Source: a virus
Length of the DNA stretch: 63,560 bases
Strand: one strand, 5' to 3'
IMG/VR virus record: IMGVR_UViG_3300027852_000005
Span: 1 to 63,560 of that record
How positions within the stretch are numbered: position 1 is the stretch's first letter; each line of letters begins with the position of its first letter. Shown here one piece after another: positions 9,975-19,041 of the stretch. The notes under the pieces were generated by a model. The model ran no database searches, was not told the DNA's origin, and saw only the letters and a list, made by a program, of their open reading frames with translations. The translations under genes were made by a program, and so were the position numbers.

Positions 9975-10369
9975 CGTCTGACTCCTATGAAAGCAAGAAG
10001 CTGAATATCAGCAGGTTTCAAGATTTGCAGACCGATGATGCCCCAACGAGTTCCATCAGCCTCTTGTAGATGGGAGAACTGTGCGAGTTCTCTTGTCTCT
10101 GGGTTTACGATAGCAATCTGCTCACTGCGATCAATCATGTCAATCATTTCGGTGCCTTTACCCAAGGAGGTAAGACCAAACTGACGAACTGTATTCGGAG
10201 GCACGAAGACGCCGGAAATGCTACTGATTGTCTCAGTTCCTGGAGTCGCACCTTTCCATGGCTCTGCCGCGCTGGCTGGAACCTTGTTGTCTTGTATAAG
10301 CGTGATCACACGACCGTTGGCTTCAATCAATCGCTTGGCCGTAGCTGAGAGTTTGACGTAATCGACCAT
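9971..10369 (-). CDS. Neck / head-tail joining protein (132 aa)
   Basis: ORF-track 9971..10483 trimmed to ATG 10369 (MVDYVKLSATAK...), which overlaps the upstream stop (TAATG). It sits in the neck-module position. Confidence 0.55.
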   Translation of the reverse strand: MVDYVKLSATAKRLIEANGRVITLIQDNKVPASAAEPWKGATPGTETISSISGVFVPPNTVRQFGLTSLGKGTEMIDMIDRSEQIAIVNPETRELAQFSHLQEADGTRWGIIGLQILKPADIQLLAFIGVRR

Positions 10370-10893
10370 TATCGGTAAACGCCTCCCTGATCTGAGCCAG
10401 TGGTGATCTGACGCATTAGGGCATCGGCTTTTGTGACAACAGGATGCTTCGCACCAACAGCACCAAGACCTGAGCCAGACCATTCGGTTTCTGTCTCAAT
10501 CGGGCCGACCTTTTCTTTGAGGAACTTAACTCCCGGACCACTTGAGCGATCATTGTCAATGAACAGGTCATCTGTGAGTGAATAACGCAGATATTCAGCG
10601 GTCGCACGTTGCAACTGAATAGGCAGAGCAACTGGATCAACGATGAAATAATCTGTCGGGAAGCACAAGGCTTGGTCTTCTGAGATCGGAAGTCCGGGAG
10701 CCTTCTTGCCCCAACGAATGTCGATGTATTCAGTGGTGAGACGCAGCTTCGGTTCAGTCGTGGCTTCGTCAGCCGTGCCAGCCTCTGCAGTGGTGTCTAC
10801 ACCACGAGCCAGCCAGTAAGCGACATAATCTTCATAGGAAAGATAAGACTCTGCGGTGGCGAGGCCTGTTGCGTCTTCTACGATGATGGCCAT
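10369..10893 (-). CDS. Head-tail connector (gp6-like / DnaT_2-like) protein (174 aa)
   Basis: MAIIVEDATGLATAESYLSYEDYVAYW...QALCFPTDYF resembles the head-tail connector family pattern. It is the first gene after the capsid accessory genes. Confidence 0.55.
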   Translation of the reverse strand: MAIIVEDATGLATAESYLSYEDYVAYWLARGVDTTAEAGTADEATTEPKLRLTTEYIDIRWGKKAPGLPISEDQALCFPTDYFIVDPVALPIQLQRATAEYLRYSLTDDLFIDNDRSSGPGVKFLKEKVGPIETETEWSGSGLGAVGAKHPVVTKADALMRQITTGSDQGGVYR

Positions 10894-10904
10894 AATGGTT
10901 TTCC

Positions 10905-10994
10905 TTAAGAGGCTGCAATCCGCGCCAGTCGCTTCTTACGAGCGTAGTAAAGCGCAGCCGCCAGTTTCCGTGTCTTCTTTCTGCGCTTTACCAT
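10905..10994 (-). CDS. Possible 29-aa highly basic peptide (MVKRRKKTRKLAAALYYARKKRLARIAAS)
   Basis: It fills the 107-nt gap between 11001..11558 and 10369..10893, with GGAG 9 nt upstream of the ATG. It falls below the ORF-track length cutoff. Confidence 0.3.
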   Translation of the reverse strand: MVKRRKKTRKLAAALYYARKKRLARIAAS

Positions 10995-11000
10995 TTTGTC

Positions 11001-11558
11001 TTACTCCATTTTAGGGCGAACTTTTTTCTCACCCTTCTTGGCCGCATCCAGTGGTGACTGAGGCGGTTGGTCCATCAGCAACGCACGGTTCGCATTGAAG
11101 CCAGCCACGCGAGCCGCTCGGGCTTCGCCGGACTTCTTGATGACGTCCATGATGCTCTTCTGATTGGCGTTCTTGTCCGAGGAGTCATTCATCAAACGAT
11201 TGGTGACTTCCGTCAGCTTGTCACCACGTCGTTGCTTCTCAGCTTTGAACTCAGCTTCGGCCGCGATGATTTCGTCGTAGGCTTCTTGGGCCTCAACGAT
11301 CTCAGGGTGATTGCGCCCTTGGGTATTCACCTCAGGCTCATCTTCGCCGCCAGCTTCGTCGTCCACAGCGGACACATCAGGGTTTTCGCGAGAGAACTTC
11401 GGGGCCGCATTGATGATGTCAGCACGTTTAATGTTTTCCAGATCACCGAGTTCGGCAACGGCATCAACCTTGGGCGCACCATCAGCAGTCCACTGATCGT
11501 CGTCCATGGCGTCCATCATGCCAAGTGCTTCGATGATTTTATCTTTCAGATCGTCCAT
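11001..11558 (-). CDS. Acidic coiled-coil protein in the head module (185 aa), function unknown
   Basis: Clean ORF in the same-strand gene train. It is Asp/Glu-rich and located between the capsid and connector genes. Confidence 0.6.
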   Translation of the reverse strand: MDDLKDKIIEALGMMDAMDDDQWTADGAPKVDAVAELGDLENIKRADIINAAPKFSRENPDVSAVDDEAGGEDEPEVNTQGRNHPEIVEAQEAYDEIIAAEAEFKAEKQRRGDKLTEVTNRLMNDSSDKNANQKSIMDVIKKSGEARAARVAGFNANRALLMDQPPQSPLDAAKKGEKKVRPKME

Positions 11559-11568
11559 TGGTTATCTC

Positions 11569-11769
11569 CTAGACAGGTTCAATAACTGCGGCGACGACCA
11601 CGGCTGGATCAGCCTTGAGAGCGGTCCATACATCAGCAGTTGTAGGGAATAGGGTTGGTGCCGTAGCCACACGTTCCGCAAGGAAGTCCGTGATGATCGG
11701 TTGGCGTTGAGCGCGGTCTTCAGCGCGATGGCGTAGATAGCGAAGTCGTGGAATTCCTGCGCGAGCCAT
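11569..11769 (-). CDS. Hypothetical protein (66 aa)
   Basis: ORF preceded by TAGGAGGTAATCATG. It lies just downstream of the post-capsid stem-loop. Confidence 0.55.
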   Translation of the reverse strand: MARAGIPRLRYLRHRAEDRAQRQPIITDFLAERVATAPTLFPTTADVWTALKADPAVVVAAVIEPV

Positions 11770-11794
11770 GATTACCTCCTAGCCCAAAGGGTGG

Positions 11795-11818
11795 AAGGGG
11801 CGACGTGAGCCGCCCCTT
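11795..11818 (-). terminator. Stem-loop immediately after the major capsid gene (AAGGGGCG-N8-CGCCCCTT)
   Basis: An 8-bp GC stem 6 nt after the capsid stop, followed on the sense strand by CCACCCTTTGGG. This is a typical attenuator position. Confidence 0.5.
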
Positions 11819-11823
11819 GAGGA

Positions 11824-12867
11824 TTATGCTTCGCGAGAGATCAGGCGAGCAATCTTGATTTGCTTCCGCTCAGGGAAGACACGCTGCCACGATGCGGCTG
11901 CGGCCAAGACTGCGTTGGAAGGACCACCAGAAGGAGTCGCACCAGTATACGCGTGACCTTTGGGGTGGAAGCCCCAACGGACGCGGTTGTAGAGGATCTC
12001 TTGACCAGCTCCGTTACCTGCTCCAGGCTGATTGTCAACCTCGGTAGGCTTGTCAGGAGAGCCCTGAGCAAACACGACTGCACCTGCGCCGAAGACCCAG
12101 CTTTCGTAGATAGTGCCCGAGACAGGCAGACCATCGTCCACGATAACTTCACGACCCAAGAAGGTCGGAACGGAAATCGCTTTGCCGTTCGCGCTGTCAG
12201 GGATGAAGTCGATCAGGTTGTTCTTCAGCATACGCGCATAAACGACCGAGTGAACCATGATCATGGACAGATCTTCCATGCTGTCGCCCATTGTCAACGT
12301 GGTGTCGACGAAGGCTTCGGCCGAGAAGTCAGTCACACCAGCAACATATGCGCCGCCGGAGATGTCATTGGTCATGTCGTTCTGAACGTGCTCAGTGCCA
12401 GCAGGAGCAGCGGCGTTATCTGCGAAGATACCGTTGACCACGTTGACGAAGCAGGCTTGCTGACGACGCACCCAATAGTCTGCGACGCGCGACTGGATAG
12501 CAGCAGCGGGGTCATCACCAGACATCAGCTTGGCCAGTTTCGTTGCAGTCCAGGAGTTGTTGCGTTCCAGACGAACAGCGACCTCGGTGAAGGTGCCGAT
12601 TTTGTTTGGAGTAGGATCGACCACACCACCAGCGAAGGTGTTGCGAACGCTCTCGTCAGCGACGCGCTCGGCGTCATTGTCCAAATCGTCATAGGTCGGC
12701 AGGTTGAAAGTCAGGCCACCACCATTCAGCTTGTCGGCCATGTCACTGTCAGAGACCACGGCACCAGAGCGGATGAGGCGAGATTTTTCTTCAGTTTCCT
12801 TAAGAGCATAAGGAGTGAAGATTTCTGGGACGATGATGTCCGAGATTGAAGTATGTCCAGAGGCCAT
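11824..12867 (-). CDS. Major capsid protein (HK97-fold type, 347 aa)
   Basis: It follows the scaffold gene. The N-terminus ...SISDIIVPEIFTPYALKETEEKSRLIRSGAV... is typical of capsid families. RBS AAGGA. Confidence 0.8.
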   Translation of the reverse strand: MASGHTSISDIIVPEIFTPYALKETEEKSRLIRSGAVVSDSDMADKLNGGGLTFNLPTYDDLDNDAERVADESVRNTFAGGVVDPTPNKIGTFTEVAVRLERNNSWTATKLAKLMSGDDPAAAIQSRVADYWVRRQQACFVNVVNGIFADNAAAPAGTEHVQNDMTNDISGGAYVAGVTDFSAEAFVDTTLTMGDSMEDLSMIMVHSVVYARMLKNNLIDFIPDSANGKAISVPTFLGREVIVDDGLPVSGTIYESWVFGAGAVVFAQGSPDKPTEVDNQPGAGNGAGQEILYNRVRWGFHPKGHAYTGATPSGGPSNAVLAAAASWQRVFPERKQIKIARLISREA

Positions 12868-12890
12868 GGAGTGTGTCCTTTCCTAAGAAT

Positions 12891-12962
12891 GTCATGGCAG
12901 AAGATTGCCAGTCCCATGACCAGCTTGAGGAATGTCAGGCGCGTCCCATGGAAGCGCATGAC
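12891..12962 (-). other. Two related stem-loops in the scaffold-capsid intergenic region
   Basis: GTCATGG(12891-97)/CCATGAC(12914-20) and GTCAGGCGC(12934-42)/GCGCATGAC(12954-62). Both loops contain GTCCCATG. Confidence 0.45.
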
Positions 12963-13005
12963 AAATTGTTTACATCAAGTTGCAGAAGATAGCAACAGGT
13001 TATTT

Positions 13006-13827
13006 CTACTGACTAGCAGCAGGGCGTTCACCGCCGATGGTCGTACCAGCAGCCGTTGCGAGTTGTGTGGCCAGATCACGGTCCGAGCGAAGCAGTGCGC
13101 CTTGCTCAGTGAGGTTCCAGCCATCACCAGAGAACGGGTTCTTGCCGCCGTTGACGCCATCGAGAGCGCCACCAGCGCCGCCACCAGTAGAAGCAGGCCA
13201 CCAGTGAGGGCGAATTTTCTGCATCTCTTTCATGAATTGCTTGATGTCCGTTCCAGGAGTTACTCCTTGGGCATCAGCCTTCACGATCCAAGCGCCGGTG
13301 GTTTCGTCCTTCTCGAGGAAGCTGGCCGCAACCAGTTCAACGTCTGCGATTGCAGTCCCATGGACCTTCATCTCAGCGGCAATCTTGCGAACAGCTTCAT
13401 TGCGCGAACCAGTGGTGATCGTGCCGTTCAGCTTGTCGTTGTCGGTGGTCAGTTCAGTGTTCTTTTCGGTAAGATCGTCGATCTGGCGTTGCAGTGGTGC
13501 AGTCTTCTGAGCGATGCGCCCTTCAACAATCTTGTTGATGGCTTCGTCATCCAGCTTGCCGCCGTTCGCAGCTTCCAGTTCGGCGATGCGGTCCAAAGTG
13601 GCCTGAGTTTCTTCAGGGTTCATGTCTTTGAACGGCTTGAATTTCGCTTTCAAAGCAGCGTGATCTTCACGCTCTTTGCGCAGACCTTCCTGGACACGAT
13701 CAATGTCACCTTGGGTCTTCATGCCGTTGATACCAGTCAACGTCGCTTTCCCGTCGGTAATCGTATACAGTTTTTCAAATCCCGCTGGGATCTTGGTCGC
13801 GTCTTCGTAAGTAAGTTCCAGTTCCAT
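13006..13827 (-). CDS. Scaffolding protein (273 aa)
   Basis: It lies between the portal and capsid genes and has charged coiled-coil sequence (..RQIDDLTEKNTELTTDNDKLNG..). RBS GGAGA. Confidence 0.75.
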   Translation of the reverse strand: MELELTYEDATKIPAGFEKLYTITDGKATLTGINGMKTQGDIDRVQEGLRKEREDHAALKAKFKPFKDMNPEETQATLDRIAELEAANGGKLDDEAINKIVEGRIAQKTAPLQRQIDDLTEKNTELTTDNDKLNGTITTGSRNEAVRKIAAEMKVHGTAIADVELVAASFLEKDETTGAWIVKADAQGVTPGTDIKQFMKEMQKIRPHWWPASTGGGAGGALDGVNGGKNPFSGDGWNLTEQGALLRSDRDLATQLATAAGTTIGGERPAASQ

Positions 13828-13874
13828 AACCGGTCTCCATTATATTGCGGTCCACGCCGCAGGTTAACTAAGGA

Positions 13875-15425
13875 TCATTCCTTAGTGGTCTTAGCTTTGT
13901 TACGAGCGGATTTATCATCATCCGTATCATCGCCATCTTCGTTTTGATCCGCACCAGCCATGTCGGGTTTCTCTGGTGTCGAGAATGGGTGATCCTCAGA
14001 CTCCTCCAGCTTTGCCGCTGCCTGCTCCTCTTCAAATGTGAGAGAAGTGATCTTACGCTTGCGAGCAAGATCATGGAGAGACTTGGCACTGATTGGGAAG
14101 CCCAAGGTGCGAGCAGTTGCCATTTCAACCATTGTCTGGCCTGTGAGTGGCGACTCGCCGAATTCTTTGTTGGGTGTGACCTTCACCTCGTCTGGGTTCT
14201 CACCCATCCAAATAGCACATGTCTTCAGGATGGCTTCGAGAGCCATTGCACCTGCATCAGCGACTTGGTTCAGGTCTGCTGTGCGGCTGGCCACACGGAT
14301 ACGCATACTGTCGCCGCTCTCACGCTCGCGGCTGGTGCTGTCTAGGGTCTGTGCACCCATCGTACCAGCACGGCTCTCAAGGCTGTTAATAGCCTCACGC
14401 TGTTCCTGGAGACCAGTGCTTTGAACACCGACATATTTCGCATCTGCGCCCGAAGGAAGATCAATTCTGGCACCAGCGCCAGTCCGGACCTTATCGTCCT
14501 CTTCGAAGTTACCACCAGTCGTTACGAAGGTATCTTGACCCTGCATGAACAAATTCTGGCGATAATCAGCATCTGCGCGATATAGCGTCAGGCAGAGGTT
14601 ACTGAGGTCCAAAAGAACCGGATCATCAGGCTCTGCGACTACATCAACCGAATTTACTATCACAAACGGGATTTGATCCAGTTCTCGGCCTTTATAGGAC
14701 GGTCTTATCATTCCAGTCTTCACAAAAGATGTATTCTGGAACAATCCCTGCTGATAGGTGCCGTTCGGCTCATTTTCATCCGGTTTGCCGAGAATTAGGA
14801 CACGATGCTGCGTTGTTCGGTCCCACATGAAGTTGTCTTTGCGAATGTGGGTTGTTTCGTCCAAAATCACCATATTTAGCGAGTCTTGAGTAAGATCAGT
14901 GGTTCCGACGTCCCAATTGATAATACGTTCGGCTCCATACAACGCCAAAATCGGTTGATCTGGACCATCTCCAGCAACAATCGGCAAATCAGCCATAAGA
15001 CCACAACGGCCGATGAGAAGCTGCTCTGCATTGATGCGTCGGAGGAAATCTTCCAGTTTTTCGCCTTTGGAGGAGCGAATCCCTTCCATTCCCTTGGGCA
15101 GTTCAATCTTCGGAGGCTGATTGTGCATCATGCCGACTGCCATCTGCACGGCTTCGCGCACAAAGTTGGAATATCGGGCTCTCATCTTGTATGCTTCGTA
15201 AGCAGCATATCCAAGGGCGTTCGAATCGTTCCCGCCATAGCCATCTTGATAGTGGCCGGACGTGGCTGGCAGATAAGTCGTGTTTTGCGACTTGATCCGC
15301 TTCTCACCTTTGTACGTATCGCGCATCTGCTTCCAATCAGGAAGGTGCTCGGTATACGACGGGTGAGTTTGAGCGAGAGAATTATCCATGAAGAAGAACA
15401 TACCTCTATCCAGCGCCTTTGACAA
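13875..15425 (-). CDS. Portal protein (516 aa; TTG start as listed, ATG at 15401 possible)
   Basis: It lies directly downstream of terL. The size and N-terminal pattern (..YTEHLPDWKQMRDTYKGEKRIKSQNTTYLP..) resemble DUF4055-type portals. Confidence 0.8.
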   Translation of the reverse strand: MSKALDRGMFFFMDNSLAQTHPSYTEHLPDWKQMRDTYKGEKRIKSQNTTYLPATSGHYQDGYGGNDSNALGYAAYEAYKMRARYSNFVREAVQMAVGMMHNQPPKIELPKGMEGIRSSKGEKLEDFLRRINAEQLLIGRCGLMADLPIVAGDGPDQPILALYGAERIINWDVGTTDLTQDSLNMVILDETTHIRKDNFMWDRTTQHRVLILGKPDENEPNGTYQQGLFQNTSFVKTGMIRPSYKGRELDQIPFVIVNSVDVVAEPDDPVLLDLSNLCLTLYRADADYRQNLFMQGQDTFVTTGGNFEEDDKVRTGAGARIDLPSGADAKYVGVQSTGLQEQREAINSLESRAGTMGAQTLDSTSRERESGDSMRIRVASRTADLNQVADAGAMALEAILKTCAIWMGENPDEVKVTPNKEFGESPLTGQTMVEMATARTLGFPISAKSLHDLARKRKITSLTFEEEQAAAKLEESEDHPFSTPEKPDMAGADQNEDGDDTDDDKSARNKAKTTKE

Positions 15426-15446
15426 TCATTTTTTGTCTCCTGACGC

Positions 15447-16976
15447 CTAGTGGGTGCCTGTCGTGGTTCCGGTGGTTCCGGTTTGCCCAACAGAGCGAAT
15501 AAAATAGCGAACCTCGTCAGCGACGTGGTCCTCTGCCTCAGTATTGATGTCATCGGGGTTCTTTTCATCCCGAGGGAGTACTGGCAAAGTCTCAATAAAT
15601 GCCGTGCAGTTACTGAAGACGTACAAAGCTGGCTTCTCCCGAGGGAAAATAGCGATAACTTCGTTGTCAGGTCCCAATTTTTGGTTTGGACCAGCGTTCC
15701 GAATGCGTTGTCGCACTTGGGTCCACCCTGTGACACGAGATCCGGGACGTTTATCGGCCGCAATCCACTGAATTCCGGGATATTTGTTCCCATCGCCCAG
15801 TCGTACCTTGATTTTCATATCCGTGGCGATACAATTTCCGTTTTCAGCTGCAAATATTTGCGAGTCAGCAACGCCTGCCTTGACACGACACCAAGTGGTT
15901 CCTCTTTCTCGCCATCCCCACTCCATTTCTCGCTGAACAATCCCTTCCGAGATCTCCGAGGCGAGAATATTAAGCCCTTCGTTCGGCTTATTGTTGTGAC
16001 AGCCGTACCATTCTCGAATGCGAAATACATCTCCCCGAATGGTGCTTCTCCAACTTCCATCCCGTAGCTGTACGTCTTCTCCATTGCTGATTGCCCACCA
16101 GCCCACAGAGAAAGGCTTTGACGCGCCCCAGTCAAAACTCCTCGTAATCTTCCAATTATCAGGAATATGGAACGGCTGGAGAACATTGTACTTAGGATCC
16201 CATACATCATCGAACATGCCGCCGGAGACGATATCCCAAGAGCCGTCCAGCCAAGCCTTCTTCTGGGCTTCGTTATCCGCTGACGCGGCGATTTTCTGTT
16301 TATATTCTGGATCCGCCTCAAGCAGCACGATATTCTCATCGATGTGCGACTTAATGCTCAACCGAGCAGGCTCACGAGCACCATCTTCGTCCATGATATC
16401 CTTGCGGACCACCATGTTCAGGCTCTGTGGCTTGAAACGATTCTTCACCCAATTGTGTCCCGGACCACTAGGGTTCGTTGTGGCCCGACACATACGTGGC
16501 ATCCCCTTTTGCGAGGAGCGGCAGGTGGACATCATCTTCTTATATCCCTTGTCGTTGGGCCAGTTGCAGAGTTCTTCCCATCCAATCCATGGATACTCGT
16601 GACCGTGATAGTTATCATAGTCACTTTCTTTGGCAAACTGACGGAGAAGCAATTGCTCTCCAGTAGCGAAAGTCCACGTATGTTCGGAGTGATTGAACTT
16701 TGCGTCAGGCCAAATCTGCGGGATCCATTTCTTCGTCTTGGAAATAACGTCGGTCAACTGTTTGTAGGTCTGCCGAAACAGAATTCCCTTCCACGCAGCG
16801 CCATATCCCTTGTCTACGTGCATACAGAAGGACATCAGCAAGCTATCAGTCTTGCCGCCGCCCCGCGTACCCTCAAAGAGGACCTCGAAGATCGGTGTGG
16901 AAGCGAGGAACGCCTCCTGAGATCCAGGCATTGGCCTCCAGATCACATTCTTTGGATATTGTTTCATAGATGTCAA
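15447..16976 (-). CDS. terL: Terminase large subunit (509 aa; TTG 16976 or ATG 16967)
   Basis: Walker A-like GTRGGGKTD, a downstream ...YPWIGWEEL... acidic motif and a C-terminal nuclease-type region. It is followed by the portal gene. Confidence 0.9.
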   Translation of the reverse strand: MTSMKQYPKNVIWRPMPGSQEAFLASTPIFEVLFEGTRGGGKTDSLLMSFCMHVDKGYGAAWKGILFRQTYKQLTDVISKTKKWIPQIWPDAKFNHSEHTWTFATGEQLLLRQFAKESDYDNYHGHEYPWIGWEELCNWPNDKGYKKMMSTCRSSQKGMPRMCRATTNPSGPGHNWVKNRFKPQSLNMVVRKDIMDEDGAREPARLSIKSHIDENIVLLEADPEYKQKIAASADNEAQKKAWLDGSWDIVSGGMFDDVWDPKYNVLQPFHIPDNWKITRSFDWGASKPFSVGWWAISNGEDVQLRDGSWRSTIRGDVFRIREWYGCHNNKPNEGLNILASEISEGIVQREMEWGWRERGTTWCRVKAGVADSQIFAAENGNCIATDMKIKVRLGDGNKYPGIQWIAADKRPGSRVTGWTQVRQRIRNAGPNQKLGPDNEVIAIFPREKPALYVFSNCTAFIETLPVLPRDEKNPDDINTEAEDHVADEVRYFIRSVGQTGTTGTTTGTH

Positions 16977-17404
16977 TGTAATTTAGATAAATCACATTGG
17001 CAAGCCTCAAACTCTGGCGATTTGTCGTGTATCGCCATGTAATGCCAGTTCGGACAGAAGTGTACGTCCTTCTTTCCTTGCTCCTTATAGAGATGGAGTA
17101 GTTTCGCTTCGTGATCGTGGTTCTCGGTCGTCATTATCGGCAAATCAGCCATCTTAAGTGACCTCGCTGGATTGTTATGAGCGTGGATCAATCTTACTAT
17201 GCTCTTCGGGCTGACATGTAAAGCATTTTGTTCAATGACTGTTCGCTTAGTGACTGGGATATCATAGTGGTCTCTATGGAACCAGTGCTTCCCGAGGCCG
17301 ATCTGCGCGGCCATCATGTGAAGGTGTGGAATTGAGTATGGAAGGCAGACAAGGTGGCGACGACCGTCACTCACTAGGTGCTGGATAGGTCTGTGAATTC
17401 TCAA
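16973..17404 (-). CDS. DUF4031-like protein (143 aa, non-ATG start)
   Basis: ...HLVCLPYSIPHLHMMAAQIGLGKHWFHRDHYDIPVTKRTVIEQNALHVSPKSIV... matches my memory of the DUF4031 signature (HYD.. and GA..VS). Confidence 0.5.
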   Translation of the reverse strand: MRIHRPIQHLVSDGRRHLVCLPYSIPHLHMMAAQIGLGKHWFHRDHYDIPVTKRTVIEQNALHVSPKSIVRLIHAHNNPARSLKMADLPIMTTENHDHEAKLLHLYKEQGKKDVHFCPNWHYMAIHDKSPEFEACQCDLSKLH

Positions 17405-17706
17405 TTGAGGGTCTCCATGCAGTGCTCACAGACCGTATCGCCTGTGGTGGCGCAGATTGTTGTTTCTTCATGAGGACACATGATGGGTCCATTCGTAAAT
17501 CTGATGTCTTCGATATTGATCCAGCGAACCGTCTTCTTTCTCTCAACATAGTGCGGCTGATATGAAGCCGTGGTCTCAACATTGAAATCCTTGTCTAGCC
17601 CAAGAAGGTGGCAGTATCCATAATCCGGATTTTGTGACAAAACGAGCCAGAAGCCGGTTCCTCTGCGACTGAACATCTTGCCGACTAGGCTACGTGTATC
17701 TGACAT
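17401..17706 (-). CDS. Hypothetical protein with a C-terminal Cys cluster (101 aa)
   Basis: ORF-track 17401..17715 trimmed to ATG 17706 behind GGAGG. The C-terminus CPHEETTICATTGDTVCEHC looks like a zinc ribbon. Confidence 0.55.
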   Translation of the reverse strand: MSDTRSLVGKMFSRRGTGFWLVLSQNPDYGYCHLLGLDKDFNVETTASYQPHYVERKKTVRWINIEDIRFTNGPIMCPHEETTICATTGDTVCEHCMETLN

Positions 17707-17766
17707 GCCGAGCAACCTCCTGATCTCGGATCTTGCTCGTTGCGTAGAACGTGACTGGAATGAGGC

Positions 17767-18015
17767 TCATAGCAGCGTCGCAATCCGGTCCAGCTTCGAC
17801 TGAGCCTCGCCTGCTGTTTCGAACTGCTCCGACAGGATACGCTGGATCTCCTCGGAGTTGTCCTGTACGGGTGTCTTCTTCACGGTATAGTCGTCGCTCG
17901 CATAGAATGCGTCATACCACTCGATCACCTCGTTGGCGTTCTTCTCGTTGTCCACGACCAACTCATGCTGGCGTCTCGCAGTCCCGTTTCGGAAATTAAG
18001 TTTAGTCTTCATCAT
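17767..18015 (-). CDS. Hypothetical protein (82 aa)
   Basis: Trimmed to ATG 18015 (MMKTKLNF...), which overlaps the stop of 18012..18380. Confidence 0.5.
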   Translation of the reverse strand: MMKTKLNFRNGTARRQHELVVDNEKNANEVIEWYDAFYASDDYTVKKTPVQDNSEEIQRILSEQFETAGEAQSKLDRIATLL

Positions 18016-18380
18016 ATGCACCTTTCGTCGTTGCCTTCCCAATCAATATAGCGATAGCGCCCGTTGTCCCGCTGCACATGCAGAGCCATGAAGTGCCACA
18101 TAGGGATTTCTGTCGTCGGGTGCTGCCCTTCCTTTATGAGCATCGCATTGTCAGAGATGGGCTGATAGATCACCTTCACAAGAAACGCTCCGCGAAAGTA
18201 AACCTTCCCACGGTCGTGATTCATGTTCCCATACCACCAATCGTGACACTGCTTCTGCAGAGACATATGCGTCTCCACGCTAATTTCGAGAACATGCGCT
18301 CCCTTCTTACTGTCCCAATCAATATCCTCCATGGCTTTGTTCCACAGATCATCGATAACTGTCGCAAAATTCACTTGCAT
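18012..18380 (-). CDS. Hypothetical protein (122 aa)
   Basis: ORF track, in the same-strand gene train. Confidence 0.55.
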   Translation of the reverse strand: MQVNFATVIDDLWNKAMEDIDWDSKKGAHVLEISVETHMSLQKQCHDWWYGNMNHDRGKVYFRGAFLVKVIYQPISDNAMLIKEGQHPTTEIPMWHFMALHVQRDNGRYRYIDWEGNDERCI

Positions 18381-18444
18381 CAGAATTTGATCTCCTCAAA
18401 GATTTGTAGGACATCTTTTCTCTGTGGCTCAAGATCCATAGACC

Positions 18445-18654
18445 TTATTCCCCACTCATAGACATGTCCAAGACAACTATCAGATAAAATCCTCGGTCAT
18501 CTAGATAAGTCACCTTGCGACGTATCCCACCTTCCATCACTTCGGAAACGACATCTAGGTGACTCGCTTCTTTCCATTTCATATTTTCTATCGATACCAC
18601 TGGGTTTTTCCTTTCATAATCGTACCCAAGGGCGGTCGCGCGCCATGGGTTCAA
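18445..18654 (-). CDS. Hypothetical protein (start uncertain; TTG as listed or GTG further in)
   Basis: ORF track. There is no clear RBS at the listed start. AAGGAA precedes an internal GTG. Confidence 0.35.
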   Translation of the reverse strand: MNPWRATALGYDYERKNPVVSIENMKWKEASHLDVVSEVMEGGIRRKVTYLDDRGFYLIVVLDMSMSGE

Positions 18655-18662
18655 AAATCTGT

Positions 18663-18833
18663 TTAGGCTGATTTTGTCAGGTCCACTTCTTCCTGCTCTT
18701 TAATCCACGCTTCCAGCATCGCATCATGCAGATTGTTGCCGAAAGCATTCAGGGGCGGGGTCGCAGTCTTCTTTCTGTCAATCATCGCGGCCAGTAGAAC
18801 TTTGAACTGCGTTCGTGTCATAGTTACTTGCAT
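18663..18833 (-). CDS. Hypothetical protein (56 aa, MQVTMTRTQFKVLLAAMIDRKK...)
   Basis: Hand-found ORF below the track cutoff. It fills the gap directly downstream of promoter 18875-18915. Confidence 0.45.
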   Translation of the reverse strand: MQVTMTRTQFKVLLAAMIDRKKTATPPLNAFGNNLHDAMLEAWIKEQEEVDLTKSA

Positions 18834-18874
18834 GTTACTAATCCAGATCCCTATTAGTTGTCTGATATGTTTTT

Positions 18875-18915
18875 ATTTTAGCGGGTTGGGTTTCGGGTGA
18901 CAAGTGTTTTGTGTC
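18875..18915 (-). promoter_or_regulatory. Dyad-type promoter P1
   Basis: Sense strand: GACACAAAACACTTGTCA-N17-TAAAAT. Confidence 0.55.
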
Positions 18916-18939
18916 TTTCTGGGGATTTGAGGAATGTGG

Positions 18940-19041
18940 TCTAACTCCCGCTACGCGGGGCGACATGTAGCGCAGTCTCTCTCGTGGCCGTTGGTGGGGT
19001 GGGGCCAGCTTGCGCTGGCCCTTGGTGCCTTGTGCCTTGTG
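18940..19041. repeat. G-rich dispersed element copy E1 (downstream of 19042..19437)
   Basis: Contains GCCGTTGGTGG (18987-97, shared with 23541-51 and 57006-18). Hairpins are CCCGC-TAC-GCGGG (18947-59) and GGCCAGC-TTGC-GCTGGCC (19003-20). Confidence 0.5.

Noticed and set aside
11860-13947. Long plus-strand ORFs (11860..12849, 329 aa; 12853..13947, 364 aa). Similar cases are 4847..5563, 47324..48564, 15450..16067 and 44884..45450.
   Set aside because: They lie antisense to well-supported capsid, scaffold, TMP, terminase and other genes. Their composition is Arg/Ser/Val-rich and low in complexity, typical of shadow frames. They lack RBSs.
15182-15793. 203-aa minus-strand ORF straddling the portal/terL boundary
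   Set aside because: It is out of frame with, and fully overlapped by, two strongly supported genes, and has no independent start signal.
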